A DNA stretch of 64,000 nt from Eubacteriales bacterium (GTDB lineage Bacteria > Bacillota > Clostridia > Oscillospirales > UBA644): positions 19,280 to 83,279 of the forward strand of contig JAZUMQ010000052.1 of NCBI GenBank assembly GCA_045603745.1. Reading direction: 5' to 3'. The translations under genes were made by a program, and so were the position numbers. A model generated the notes under the pieces. The model was given only the letters and a program-made list of their open reading frames with translations. It was not told where the DNA came from and made no database searches. This document shows, piece after piece, positions 9,813-19,676 of the stretch (the stretch's first letter is position 1; each line of letters opens with the position of its first letter).

Positions 9813-10049
9813 ATGGCACAGATAGACATCAAAACTATTGAAAGATTATCCAAAGAAAGAAATACAATACACGAAAAAGTGTATGCTACATATTCAACAT
9901 TTGACAGCTATGGTGAACATTATGTTCAGATCGACACCTATGGCCGTAGCGATAGAGAACAGCCAGGAAAAATTAGTCAGTCGATACAGTTGGATAAAGA
10001 AACGGCTTCCTACTTGGTTGATCTACTTAAGAGAGAGTTTGATCTCTGA
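9813..10049 (+). CDS. small conserved restriction-associated protein
   Basis: YVQIDTYGRSDR..GKISQSIQLD pattern, recalled as a family near restriction loci (not searched); SD AAGGA. Confidence 0.5.
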   Translation: MAQIDIKTIERLSKERNTIHEKVYATYSTFDSYGEHYVQIDTYGRSDREQPGKISQSIQLDKETASYLVDLLKREFDL

Positions 10050-10144
10050 TATGACTGAGGTAGTCGCTGTTATGGTATCACTGAAAGAAATCAAATAAAA
10101 GACGCATTAAATAACTCTCTATGATGAGAATTAAGGGGAATAAA

Positions 10145-11245
10145 ATGAAAAGTTTAAGTAATGAAATAGCAAAACTTTTTAATATTGCAACAATTGATAA
10201 AACTCAGAAAATTTGGTTCTTTAGAACCAATGGTGGTGCATATTATCATGATTATTGTATTAATAATTTCATTGGCTTAGGATGGGATAAAATTGATAAA
10301 CAATTGATACTGTCAGACAGGTCTCCTGAGACAAAAAAAGAAATTATAGAGGATATCTATCCAGATGAGAAGCGTCCTGGATTGATATTGGGTCAAATGA
10401 ATACTTTCTATAATAAAATGCATTTAGGGGATTTGGTTTTGATTCCTTCTGAAGGAGGGAAAGAAGTATCCATTGGTGTATTAGGGGATTTTGTAGATGA
10501 AATCTATCACTTGGAGAATGAAACTGAATATCCTCAATGCGAATATATTCACAAAAGAAGAGTTGATTGGATTAAAAAGGTGGATTTATATCAAGATGTA
10601 TATCTGTTTAGAGCATTACGCGGACAACAGACTATCTCTGATATAACGGATTGCGCAGGCTTGGTACTTAGGAACTTATATCCAGTGTATATTTCTAATA
10701 ATTCTTTGCACTTGACATTGAAAAAAACGTCGGATGTAGATTATTCATTACATACGAATGTTTCACTGTGTTCATCTATTATTGCTATTTCTGAGGAGAT
10801 TTCCCGGATATATAATGGAGAAAATTTTGAAGATTCGTTGAAAATCAAAACTGCTGTGGGTTCCCCTGGATTTATAGAGATAATTGCTGATTTAATACCC
10901 GAAGCCACAATTGCCATTGGTGTTATCTTCAATTATATTGTTGGTAAAATTAAATCTGATGGCTCTGCTAGCGGGCTCCTTGGGGTGTTTGGATCAGTCA
11001 ATTCTCTTATAAATGACCGCACAAATAGAAAAAAGATAGATGCTGAGACAGAAAGAATTAAAGCAGAAACAGAAAAAATCAAAGCAGAGACACAATTGCT
11101 GAAGCAACAATTGTCCGCACCGGATCTCAAAAAAAATGAAAGTTCGATTATGAACATACAAACAGAATGCAACAATATTGTCAAAGAATCTTTAGCGGCT
11201 GGAATTGTTTGTGAGCTTCAGTCGCCTGAAGATAAAGTTAGTTGA
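10145..11245 (+). CDS. hypothetical protein with Mrr/McrB-type N-terminal reader-like domain and C-terminal coiled coil
   Basis: IGLGW...FYNKMHLGDLVLIP...RRVDW pattern; C-terminal KIKAETE repeats. Confidence 0.55.
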   Translation: MKSLSNEIAKLFNIATIDKTQKIWFFRTNGGAYYHDYCINNFIGLGWDKIDKQLILSDRSPETKKEIIEDIYPDEKRPGLILGQMNTFYNKMHLGDLVLIPSEGGKEVSIGVLGDFVDEIYHLENETEYPQCEYIHKRRVDWIKKVDLYQDVYLFRALRGQQTISDITDCAGLVLRNLYPVYISNNSLHLTLKKTSDVDYSLHTNVSLCSSIIAISEEISRIYNGENFEDSLKIKTAVGSPGFIEIIADLIPEATIAIGVIFNYIVGKIKSDGSASGLLGVFGSVNSLINDRTNRKKIDAETERIKAETEKIKAETQLLKQQLSAPDLKKNESSIMNIQTECNNIVKESLAAGIVCELQSPEDKVS

Positions 11246-11287
11246 CTTTTTGTTATTACATCATAAAATTTATGAGGAAGTCTAATT

Positions 11288-11896
11288 GTGTATAAGAACA
11301 AAGATACAGGAAAACTGATTGCTTTTGACGGTCCTAATGGTGCAGGAAAATCCACACTAATAAGGGCGGTACAAGCTAGGTTGTCAGAAATGAACATTAA
11401 TGTGCACGTAACAAAAGAACCGAGTGATTCGAAAATTGGAACGTTTACACGTAATGTTGCAGAATTGTTTTCTGGCAATGCTTTGGCCTGTTTAGTGGCG
11501 GCAGATAGATATGCTCATGTCGAAAGAGAGATTTTGCCGCAATTAAAACAAGGAACAATTGTTATTACGGACCGATATGTTTTATCCTCACTAATATTAC
11601 AACCTATGGATGGCGTTGATATTGATTTTATAGAAAAAATAAATAACGAGATTGTTCTACCTGATCTGCAGATTGCAGTTTGGGCAAATGATGAAATTTT
11701 GCAAAAACGTCTATTAGAAAGAGACAATCTTACGCGATTTGAGAAAAATAATAGATCGTTTGAGGAATTGGAGAATATGGAAAAAGGAGTTCGTATTATC
11801 CAAGAATGGGCGGTGCCTGTTGTCAATGTTTTTAATGATAGTGATTTAGAAAAAAATGTTGCTCTTGTAGTAGAAAACATATTGTCTATAATATAG
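11288..11896 (+). CDS. tmk: thymidylate (dTMP) kinase family protein
   Basis: IAFDGPNGAGKST P-loop, KEP, DRY motifs; island-borne paralogue. Confidence 0.85.
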   Translation: MYKNKDTGKLIAFDGPNGAGKSTLIRAVQARLSEMNINVHVTKEPSDSKIGTFTRNVAELFSGNALACLVAADRYAHVEREILPQLKQGTIVITDRYVLSSLILQPMDGVDIDFIEKINNEIVLPDLQIAVWANDEILQKRLLERDNLTRFEKNNRSFEELENMEKGVRIIQEWAVPVVNVFNDSDLEKNVALVVENILSII

Positions 11897-11925
11897 GTTA
11901 AACATTACATTGGAAGGGAGACGCT

Positions 11926-13254
11926 ATGAAAGAAGTTTTTTATTTAATTAATTCTCCGTTGTTTTTAGATAAAACAATTAATGAAGACTCTTTGCCGCCA
12001 TTAGGGCAAGGCTATATTGCGACCAGTTTGAAGAATAGTGGCATTGATGTTTCCTTAATTGATTGTGTTAAAGAAAAGATAACAGCCTTGGAAATAATAA
12101 ATAAGATTAATAGTGATCGTCCCAAGTATGTCGGTATTAATATTTTCACACAAAACTACGAAATAGTGAAAAGCATTATCGAAAGCATAACAGTGCAATG
12201 TATACTATTTATAGGCGGACAAGCAACTAAGTTTCTTTATCAGGATATCATAAATTGGCGTACAAATAATGAATGTTTTGTTATTATTGGAGAGGGTGAA
12301 TATATAATACCTACTATATGCATGAAAACATGCAAACAGAAACCGATATTGTGCGAAAACAATATTACAGTTTATGTGGTTGATAAAGATTCGGGGTACT
12401 ATCCTCGAGATATATCAGCCATTAAGCTTGATAGGACATTTTTTAAAAACGAACTCATGGAGAATCATTATGGGGAACAGGAGGTTGCCATAATAACATC
12501 TAGGGGATGTATTTTTAATTGTGCTTTTTGCGGTGGCGCAAGGAGTCTAAACGCTGAAATAGAACCTAGGATAAGAGGACAGCAAAGTATAGAAAATGAA
12601 ATATCTGACTTGTTAGCATTATATCCCAAGTTACAGAGCGTGCGAGTTCTTGACGATTTGTTTTTGCGTTCCAAAAATAGTATTCAAATTGCCATTAACG
12701 TTTTCTCTAAATATCCAAGAATAACATGGCGTGGAATGGCACATGTTCTATCCATAAAAAACGCTATTGATTATTTAAATGATCTTAAAAAAAGCGGATG
12801 CAAAGAATTATTTATTGGCATAGAATCTGGATCCCCAAGAATCAGAAATAAAATAAACAAACAGGGTTCGTGTGAAGATGTACTGTTTGTAGCCAAAAAA
12901 ATATTGGAAGCAGGTATAGATTTAAAAGGATATTTTATATTGGGTTTTCCTGACGAGGATGAGAGCGATTTTCGTCTTACATTGAATCTAGCACTAGCCA
13001 TAAAGGGTCTCGCAGACCAAGCCAATGCTACATTCAGAACTAGTGTATTTCAATTTAGACCTTATCATGGAACAAAACTATATAATGAATTGATAGAAAA
13101 TGGCGTTGAGGTTAACGAGTGTAAACCCAATGACGATATTACTTCAATGATAGGTCGAGGTTCATTTAATTTTTCTTCAGGGAACTATAGCTTAGAAAAT
13201 AACGAAGTGTTAAATCGTTATATTGATGCCACGCAAAGGTTGAAAGAAATATGA
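11926..13254 (+). CDS. B12-binding radical SAM protein
   Basis: PPLGQGYIA cobalamin-domain start, GEGE, TSRGCIFNCAFC (CxxxCxxC), GIESGS, FILGFP. Confidence 0.9.
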   Translation: MKEVFYLINSPLFLDKTINEDSLPPLGQGYIATSLKNSGIDVSLIDCVKEKITALEIINKINSDRPKYVGINIFTQNYEIVKSIIESITVQCILFIGGQATKFLYQDIINWRTNNECFVIIGEGEYIIPTICMKTCKQKPILCENNITVYVVDKDSGYYPRDISAIKLDRTFFKNELMENHYGEQEVAIITSRGCIFNCAFCGGARSLNAEIEPRIRGQQSIENEISDLLALYPKLQSVRVLDDLFLRSKNSIQIAINVFSKYPRITWRGMAHVLSIKNAIDYLNDLKKSGCKELFIGIESGSPRIRNKINKQGSCEDVLFVAKKILEAGIDLKGYFILGFPDEDESDFRLTLNLALAIKGLADQANATFRTSVFQFRPYHGTKLYNELIENGVEVNECKPNDDITSMIGRGSFNFSSGNYSLENNEVLNRYIDATQRLKEI

Positions 13255-13811
13255 AAACTTTAGAGAAAATAAGATATTGTGAAAAATGCAAACTCTGTTG
13301 CAATCAAAGACCTCTTATGGATCGGTGTTCAGAGTGTCAAGTTTTGTGGGTAGGATTATCGGCAAAAAAAGCAATGTATGATGATGAGATACCCCTGTCA
13401 ATTAAAACGAATAGTGGGGCAGTAATACACGAAGTGGAAATGTTGTTAGAAGATGTTAAGTGTTACAAAACTAACTTAGTGAAATGCCTTCCGTTGGATG
13501 AAAAAAGTAAACTCAGATATCCAAACCAGAAAGAGATAGATGCGTGTTTTGTTAACTTAGAGGAAGAAATAGCAGAATTATCTCCTAAGATAGTTTTCCT
13601 TTTGGGGGAAAAAGTTTATTCATCGGTTGGACGACATTTAAATATTGTTTTTGATAAGCTAGATGGCTTCAATTATAACTATGTGCAGCACGGAAATGTT
13701 TGTTATGTTCCCATTCAGCATCCATCATACATCTATGTGTATAAGAGAAAGCACATGAGTGAGTATATCGATGGAATAAAAAAAATAGCCGATCTTCTGC
13801 TTAGCGATTAA
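13251..13811 (+). CDS. uracil-DNA glycosylase superfamily protein (family 4-like, atypical motif A)
   Basis: CEKC, TNLVKCLP, EIDAC, LLGE, HPSY; GLSA in place of GEAPG. Confidence 0.8.
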   Translation: MKTLEKIRYCEKCKLCCNQRPLMDRCSECQVLWVGLSAKKAMYDDEIPLSIKTNSGAVIHEVEMLLEDVKCYKTNLVKCLPLDEKSKLRYPNQKEIDACFVNLEEEIAELSPKIVFLLGEKVYSSVGRHLNIVFDKLDGFNYNYVQHGNVCYVPIQHPSYIYVYKRKHMSEYIDGIKKIADLLLSD

Positions 13812-13836
13812 TAAATAATATTTTGGGAGAGTACAT

Positions 13837-16638
13837 ATGAAAGAAAAGTGGACTGACAATCAGCAAAAGGCAATAGATACAATAGAAAAGAACATGCAAA
13901 TTGTGGCATGTGCTGGATCTGGAAAAACAACCACAATGGTTGCGCATATTTTAAAATTGCTTGACCAGGAAGATGTGTCTCCTGAAAATATAGTAGCTAT
14001 TACATACACAGAGAAAGCAGCGGCATCCCTTAAACATAAAGTCTATGAGGAATACGAAAAGAAAAATGGAAATCTCGAAGGGTTAGCCAACATGTTCATT
14101 GGGACTATCCATGGATTTTGTTTAAACATGTTACAGAGTGCTACTGAGGAGTATAAATCCTTTGAGACCCTTAATGAAGTGCAAACAAGACTTTTTATAA
14201 AGAAGACACGCCGTACTAATGGTATAATGGATGTATATTATCATCCAGCTAACAAGAAAGCACCGTATAAAATGATTACTGAGTTAAGCAGTGCCGAAAG
14301 GTGGTCTGAAGTTATAGGAGCTTATAAAACGTTTCTTGATATTGGTAGGGAATACGGTATTGAAAAGCTTCCTATAAACCAACAATCTCACATATCGCAA
14401 TATGAGCAAACATTAGCAGATAATAGCTTTTTTGATTTTACATCTATTATTACAACCACTCTTCGAAAATTACAAGAAGGATGCTTTGATGATAATGTAG
14501 TTTCAAATGTAAAATATTTAATCGTTGATGAATATCAAGATGTAAATATTGCTCAGGAAAAAATTATTAGGTATTTTGCAGATAGGAATACATACATTTG
14601 TGTTGTTGGAGATGATGATCAAACTATCTATCAATGGCGTGGTAGCAATTTAACATTTATAAAAGACTTTGCTTCCCGATACAACGATGTGGAAAAGATA
14701 GATCTTGATACTAATTTTAGAAGTAGCGAGGGAATTACAGAAATATCCAAGCAAGTTATTAATCACAATAAAAACCGCATTGATAAAAATATGAAAAGTA
14801 ATAATTCTCAGGTATATGAGTCTGGTGATATTATTACATATGAATTTGATGATAAAGACTCAGAAATTCAATTTATTGTCAATAAGATTCAGCAACTTGT
14901 AGGTACAACATATTCAAGAAAGGGTCATGCGTTTGGGCTCGACTATGATGATATGGTGATACTTGTAAGTTCAGTAAAAAAAGTGCCTGAATTAATAGAT
15001 GCGTTAGAAAAAAATAATATCGATTTTATTGTGGAAGGAACAAAAAATCTATTCGATTCAAATGAGGTAAAGGTTCTATGTGATACTTTTGCACTTCTAT
15101 TTGATGTGGTTGATGAGAATCGGAATTCTGTTGCCATATCTAAGGTAAATGTTACCGAGATACCTATGGATTTGATTTCTCGTTGGAGAAACTATTCTCC
15201 ATTGTCCGATGAAGAAGTTAAACGATGTGTTGCGAATTTCTTGATGTATCCCTTTACTACGGATGAGTATGAGTTTACAATTCAGGGAACAATAAAAAAA
15301 CTTTTTCGTGAACTTAGGCTGTTTACTGTTGATGATGAGAAGGTTCTGTACAACTGGGGAAAGTTTACGGAAATGGTAAATGATTTTGAAAAAATCAACT
15401 TAAAAATGGCGACAATGTATCGATTGATGGCGTTCAAATCTTTCTTGATTTACGATGCTCCTAATTTGTATCCGGAGGGTTGGCTGTCTCCTGGTTTTAA
15501 AGCCATTAAATGCTTGCGAATAATGACGTACCATCAATCAAAGGGATTGGAGTATCCCGTTGTGTTTATGCCATTTTTGACGAAATATTCGATTTTTCCA
15601 CAGAAAAATCCGGGAGGAACTAATGCATGGGGCATATTTAATGACGATACAATCAGGCAACAATATGCAGATGATGACGAAAGCGTTAGACGAGTATTTT
15701 ATGTTGGTATGACAAGAAGTGAAAAGTATTTGTTTTTAACTCGTTCAGATAATGTTTCTGATACAGGAAAAACCCAATATAAGATTCCCGCATTTCCATT
15801 CGTTGAGGCAAAGCACTCTCCATATAAAGAAACAAGGCTGTTTTGGGATAAGGAATATGAAAAGACTGACGAAAAGAAGTTTTCCGTTGATGAAATAATC
15901 ACATTGAATTTTTCATTACTCAAAGATCTTTTTGATTGTCCTTATAAATTTAAGATGACTAATGTGTTCGGGTTTTGTTCGCCGTTAAATATTCGAATGG
16001 GATATGGACGTTCAATCCATAACATGTTGGATTATATTCATCGCAATTACGAAAAAATTGACTACAATGATCCGAAGATAATAGAGCGCATTGTAAAAAA
16101 ATATTTGCACTTACCATATGGCTCTCCCAAACTTTATGAAGCGATGACTGAGAAAGCAACAAGAAATTTGAAGGCATACATTGATAATAATAGTACCAAA
16201 TTCAAATATATTAAGTTTTCAGAAAAAAGCATCGACTTTAACATAGATGAATACATGTTCATTAATGGTAGAATTGACCTGGTTAGAGACGAATTGAATC
16301 ACACTATAACATTGGTTGATTTTAAGTCAAGTAGCGAGGTGCTTTCGAGGGATCAGATAAAAAATCAGCTTATGGTCTATGTTTTGGGATATGAAAGTCT
16401 CACGGGAGAGAAAGTAGACTATATTGAATCCTATGATTTTAATAACAGTAATCCTATTACCATAGAGTTGGTAGATGGAGATAGGAAAAAATTTATTGAG
16501 AAGTTGGAAGAATGCGAAAAAAACATAAAGAAGAGTAATTACCCCAAAGCTACAGAATTAGATGTTACTAAAACCGAAGCTTTTTGCAAAGAGTTGAAGT
16601 GTGATTACTATTATGATTGTCATCCAATAGAAAGGTGA
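13837..16638 (+). CDS. UvrD/Rep SF1 helicase fused to a C-terminal PD-(D/E)XK nuclease
   Basis: ACAGSGKT, VDEYQD, VGDDDQ, NFRS, HQSKGLE, YVGMTR; GRIDL...VDFKS. Confidence 0.9.
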   Translation: MKEKWTDNQQKAIDTIEKNMQIVACAGSGKTTTMVAHILKLLDQEDVSPENIVAITYTEKAAASLKHKVYEEYEKKNGNLEGLANMFIGTIHGFCLNMLQSATEEYKSFETLNEVQTRLFIKKTRRTNGIMDVYYHPANKKAPYKMITELSSAERWSEVIGAYKTFLDIGREYGIEKLPINQQSHISQYEQTLADNSFFDFTSIITTTLRKLQEGCFDDNVVSNVKYLIVDEYQDVNIAQEKIIRYFADRNTYICVVGDDDQTIYQWRGSNLTFIKDFASRYNDVEKIDLDTNFRSSEGITEISKQVINHNKNRIDKNMKSNNSQVYESGDIITYEFDDKDSEIQFIVNKIQQLVGTTYSRKGHAFGLDYDDMVILVSSVKKVPELIDALEKNNIDFIVEGTKNLFDSNEVKVLCDTFALLFDVVDENRNSVAISKVNVTEIPMDLISRWRNYSPLSDEEVKRCVANFLMYPFTTDEYEFTIQGTIKKLFRELRLFTVDDEKVLYNWGKFTEMVNDFEKINLKMATMYRLMAFKSFLIYDAPNLYPEGWLSPGFKAIKCLRIMTYHQSKGLEYPVVFMPFLTKYSIFPQKNPGGTNAWGIFNDDTIRQQYADDDESVRRVFYVGMTRSEKYLFLTRSDNVSDTGKTQYKIPAFPFVEAKHSPYKETRLFWDKEYEKTDEKKFSVDEIITLNFSLLKDLFDCPYKFKMTNVFGFCSPLNIRMGYGRSIHNMLDYIHRNYEKIDYNDPKIIERIVKKYLHLPYGSPKLYEAMTEKATRNLKAYIDNNSTKFKYIKFSEKSIDFNIDEYMFINGRIDLVRDELNHTITLVDFKSSSEVLSRDQIKNQLMVYVLGYESLTGEKVDYIESYDFNNSNPITIELVDGDRKKFIEKLEECEKNIKKSNYPKATELDVTKTEAFCKELKCDYYYDCHPIER

Positions 16639-16642
16639 TCGG

Positions 16643-17968
16643 ATGAGCGTGAAAGAAATAGTTGAAGAAATTAAATCAAAAGATTCGTTACCAGAATACT
16701 GGGATTTCAAAGGAAACGACCAGCGTGAGCATGTACATTCCATGATTAAATACCCTGCCGTTATGGTTCCGAATATGCAGGGTGAGATATTTGATATTAT
16801 TTTGAGACATGATAATACCATTTCTAATGTTCTGGATCCGTTTATGGGATCAGGTACTATTTTGGTAGAGGGGTATTTGAGGGGATTGGATGTTATAGGT
16901 ATTGACATAAATCCCTTGTCATTTCTCGCGGTAAAGGTTAAACTTCAAAGATATGCTATAAAAACTTTACAGGACAAGTCTAAAGATTTGATAACGCGAA
17001 TTCAAGATGATTGTAATACAGATTGCTTTGAATTTGATAATATCAAAAAATGGTACAAAAACGATGTAATAAAGTCATTAAGTAAAATAAGAAGATGCAT
17101 ACTCTTAGAACCTGATAAAAAATACAGGCAGTTGTTTTGGGTAACTTTTGCCGAAATAGCCAAACAAGCAGATAATTCAAGGACTAGTACTTTCAAATTG
17201 CACATAAAAGAGCAGAGCCAGATAGATGATTGGAATTATGATTGTATAGAAAAATTCAAATTTAAGTTGTTGGAGAACATTACGGCTTTGAAAGATTTTA
17301 GGGAGATGCAAGCAAACCGCACTTGTGATAAAAAAGTTGCTGTTAAATACGGAGATTCTCTAAAGCTTTTGGCGGATAAACGGTATTTTAAAGATGGTAG
17401 TGTTGATTTAGTCATAACATCTCCTCCGTATGGAGATAATGCTACTACTATAACATATGGTCAATTTTCAGTGTTGCCGTTGAAATGGATTCCTTTGGAG
17501 GACATTGATAGCAAAATAAACAATAGTGTCATTGAAACATTGTCTAAGATCGATAGCGATAGTTTGGGTGGTAAAAATTACACTGTTCAATCCATCATTG
17601 AGTCCCAACTTTATTCTTACTCTCAGCCTTTTTCACAATTGTACAATCAATTGACAGATGCAATGCAAATAGATAAGGCTCGTAAAGTTGCTAGCTTTCT
17701 TTTGGATTTTGAAAAGATCGTAGCTTCATTACATAAAATTGTAAAAGAAAATAAATTTATGGTGTTTACAGTTGGGAATCGCCATGTGAATAAATTAGAG
17801 GTTCCATTTGACGAAATATTAGAAACGATTGCTGAACACTATGGATTTAAAATTGTTTATGACTTTAGAAGAAATATACTAAAAAACAAAAACTATTCAG
17901 ATACGAAGGCTCAAAATTTTAAAACTATAAAAAAAGAAACTATACTTGTATTGCAGAAGAGAAGCTGA
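16643..17968 (+). CDS. amino-type DNA methyltransferase (probably N4-cytosine)
   Basis: KYPA, DPFMGSGT (motif I) preceding TSPPY (motif IV). Confidence 0.85.
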   Translation: MSVKEIVEEIKSKDSLPEYWDFKGNDQREHVHSMIKYPAVMVPNMQGEIFDIILRHDNTISNVLDPFMGSGTILVEGYLRGLDVIGIDINPLSFLAVKVKLQRYAIKTLQDKSKDLITRIQDDCNTDCFEFDNIKKWYKNDVIKSLSKIRRCILLEPDKKYRQLFWVTFAEIAKQADNSRTSTFKLHIKEQSQIDDWNYDCIEKFKFKLLENITALKDFREMQANRTCDKKVAVKYGDSLKLLADKRYFKDGSVDLVITSPPYGDNATTITYGQFSVLPLKWIPLEDIDSKINNSVIETLSKIDSDSLGGKNYTVQSIIESQLYSYSQPFSQLYNQLTDAMQIDKARKVASFLLDFEKIVASLHKIVKENKFMVFTVGNRHVNKLEVPFDEILETIAEHYGFKIVYDFRRNILKNKNYSDTKAQNFKTIKKETILVLQKRS

Positions 17969-17970
17969 AA

Positions 17971-18396
17971 ATGATTAAGGAACTGATGCACGATCCGATC
18001 TTCCTTGCAGGAAAATCGGAGGCTACAACAAAAGAAGATTTGCAGGTCGCACAGGATTTACTTGATACGTTAATAGCGCACAAGGAGACTTGTGTCGGTA
18101 TGGCGGCGAATATGATCGGTGTACGCAAACGCATCATCACTTTTGTCGACGAGAGCGGACGAGCTCCTACATACACCGTGATGCTCAATCCCGAGATCAT
18201 CAAAAAAGATGGCGCATACGATACCGAGGAAGGCTGTCTGTCGCTTCTTGGCGGCCCGAGACCTTGCAAACGCTATAAAACTATTAAAGTCAAGTATCAG
18301 ACCTTGGAGTTGCAAACCCGCATCAAAACCTACACCGGCTGGACGGCACAGATTATCCAGCACGAGGTCGATCATTGCGATGGGATTTTGATATAG
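17971..18396 (+). CDS. def: peptide deformylase
   Basis: GMAANMIG, EGCLS, QHEVDHCDG motifs. Confidence 0.9.
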   Translation: MIKELMHDPIFLAGKSEATTKEDLQVAQDLLDTLIAHKETCVGMAANMIGVRKRIITFVDESGRAPTYTVMLNPEIIKKDGAYDTEEGCLSLLGGPRPCKRYKTIKVKYQTLELQTRIKTYTGWTAQIIQHEVDHCDGILI

Positions 18397-18426
18397 TATT
18401 TCGCCATCATAGAAAGAAACGGTGTT

Positions 18427-19224
18427 ATGAATTTTTATGATAATGAAGAAAAAATAATCAATACATTTCGAGATATTCCAAAATCAGAAATATATTTTGC
18501 TACACAAACTGCAATGTGCTTCAAAATTTTTAATTCTATTTACAAAAGCAAGCATAAGGATAAATGGATTAACAATTCTGGAAAATCAGATCCACCTCCT
18601 GATTTCTATTCAGAAGAATTCGGATTAATGATGGAAGTAATGCGCGTTGATGATCACGCCCATTACAATGACAAAGGTGTTTTGATCAATCCCATCAATA
18701 TTCGCGAAAGTATAATACAAAAGGAAATCCGCGATAAAATCAAATCAGGAAACCCTGATATTGACCTCTCAACCATAGATATTGTAATTAATGCCGCATC
18801 AGGACTCTCGTCTAATGAAGACCATAACTATCGGTATTATTATGATAGCTTCAAAAGAGTATTGGAAAAGCATATAGGCGGCATTTCGCTTTACAGAAAA
18901 AATCATCCTAACAAGAAATTAGTGTTTTTTGTCTTTGATGAATCTACTGGTTATGTTGTTGTGGATAATAAAGATTTGGTGGAGCGAGGACCAGTTGCGT
19001 TAGAATGGTTTAAGGCGAATCCATTATGGCATTTTTGGGACGAACGATTTATAAGCGTTTTTAAAGATGCTGATATAGACTATTTGATTTGGTTCACACC
19101 TTATAAAATGTTTCATGGTGCGCCGATTCAACCACCTAAGGTTTGTGTTTTTGATGTAAAAAAACTAAAAAAACACAAAACAAAGCAGTATCCGATAAAT
19201 TATATTATTAGTTCGGAAGCGTAA
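18427..19224 (+). CDS. hypothetical protein, possible PD-(D/E)XK-like nuclease
   Basis: AT-rich 265-aa ORF; PPDF...MEVMRVDD. Confidence 0.5.
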   Translation: MNFYDNEEKIINTFRDIPKSEIYFATQTAMCFKIFNSIYKSKHKDKWINNSGKSDPPPDFYSEEFGLMMEVMRVDDHAHYNDKGVLINPINIRESIIQKEIRDKIKSGNPDIDLSTIDIVINAASGLSSNEDHNYRYYYDSFKRVLEKHIGGISLYRKNHPNKKLVFFVFDESTGYVVVDNKDLVERGPVALEWFKANPLWHFWDERFISVFKDADIDYLIWFTPYKMFHGAPIQPPKVCVFDVKKLKKHKTKQYPINYIISSEA

Positions 19225-19233
19225 GGAGAAAGT

Positions 19234-19626
19234 ATGAAAAGAGTTTATGATTTTCTGAAAAAAGCAGAAGTTTATTGTTTGGCAACAGTAGAGGGGGATC
19301 AGCCAAGAGTGCGTCCCTTTGGAACAATAAACGAGTTTGAAGGTAAGCTCTACATACAGACGGGAAAGATCAAACCTACCTCAAAACAGCTTCTCGCCAA
19401 TCCCAAGGCAGAGATCTGTGCGTTTACTGACGGCGCGTGGATTCGCATCGCTTGTAAGCTTGTTGAAGACGACCGCTTTGAAGCAAAGAAATCAATGCTG
19501 GATGCTTATCCCAATCTCCGCAGTATGTACGACGAAAACGACGGTAATACTCAAGTGTTCTATATGAAGAATGTTGTCGCTACTTTCAGTGCATTTGGTA
19601 AGGAATCCGAAACGGTTGAGTTTTGA
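19234..19626 (+). CDS. pyridoxamine 5'-phosphate oxidase-like (NimA/NimC-type) FMN-binding protein
   Basis: LATVEGDQPRVRPF...KQLLANPKAEI. Confidence 0.8.
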   Translation: MKRVYDFLKKAEVYCLATVEGDQPRVRPFGTINEFEGKLYIQTGKIKPTSKQLLANPKAEICAFTDGAWIRIACKLVEDDRFEAKKSMLDAYPNLRSMYDENDGNTQVFYMKNVVATFSAFGKESETVEF

Positions 19627-19676
19627 TTTGAAATGTATCATTAATGTACTAAACTGAAGGCAGTAGAGGTTAAAGT

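Noticed and set aside
11926..13254. Radical SAM as a prokaryotic viperin
   Set aside because: It has an N-terminal cobalamin-binding domain and class-B-type motifs, unlike viperins.
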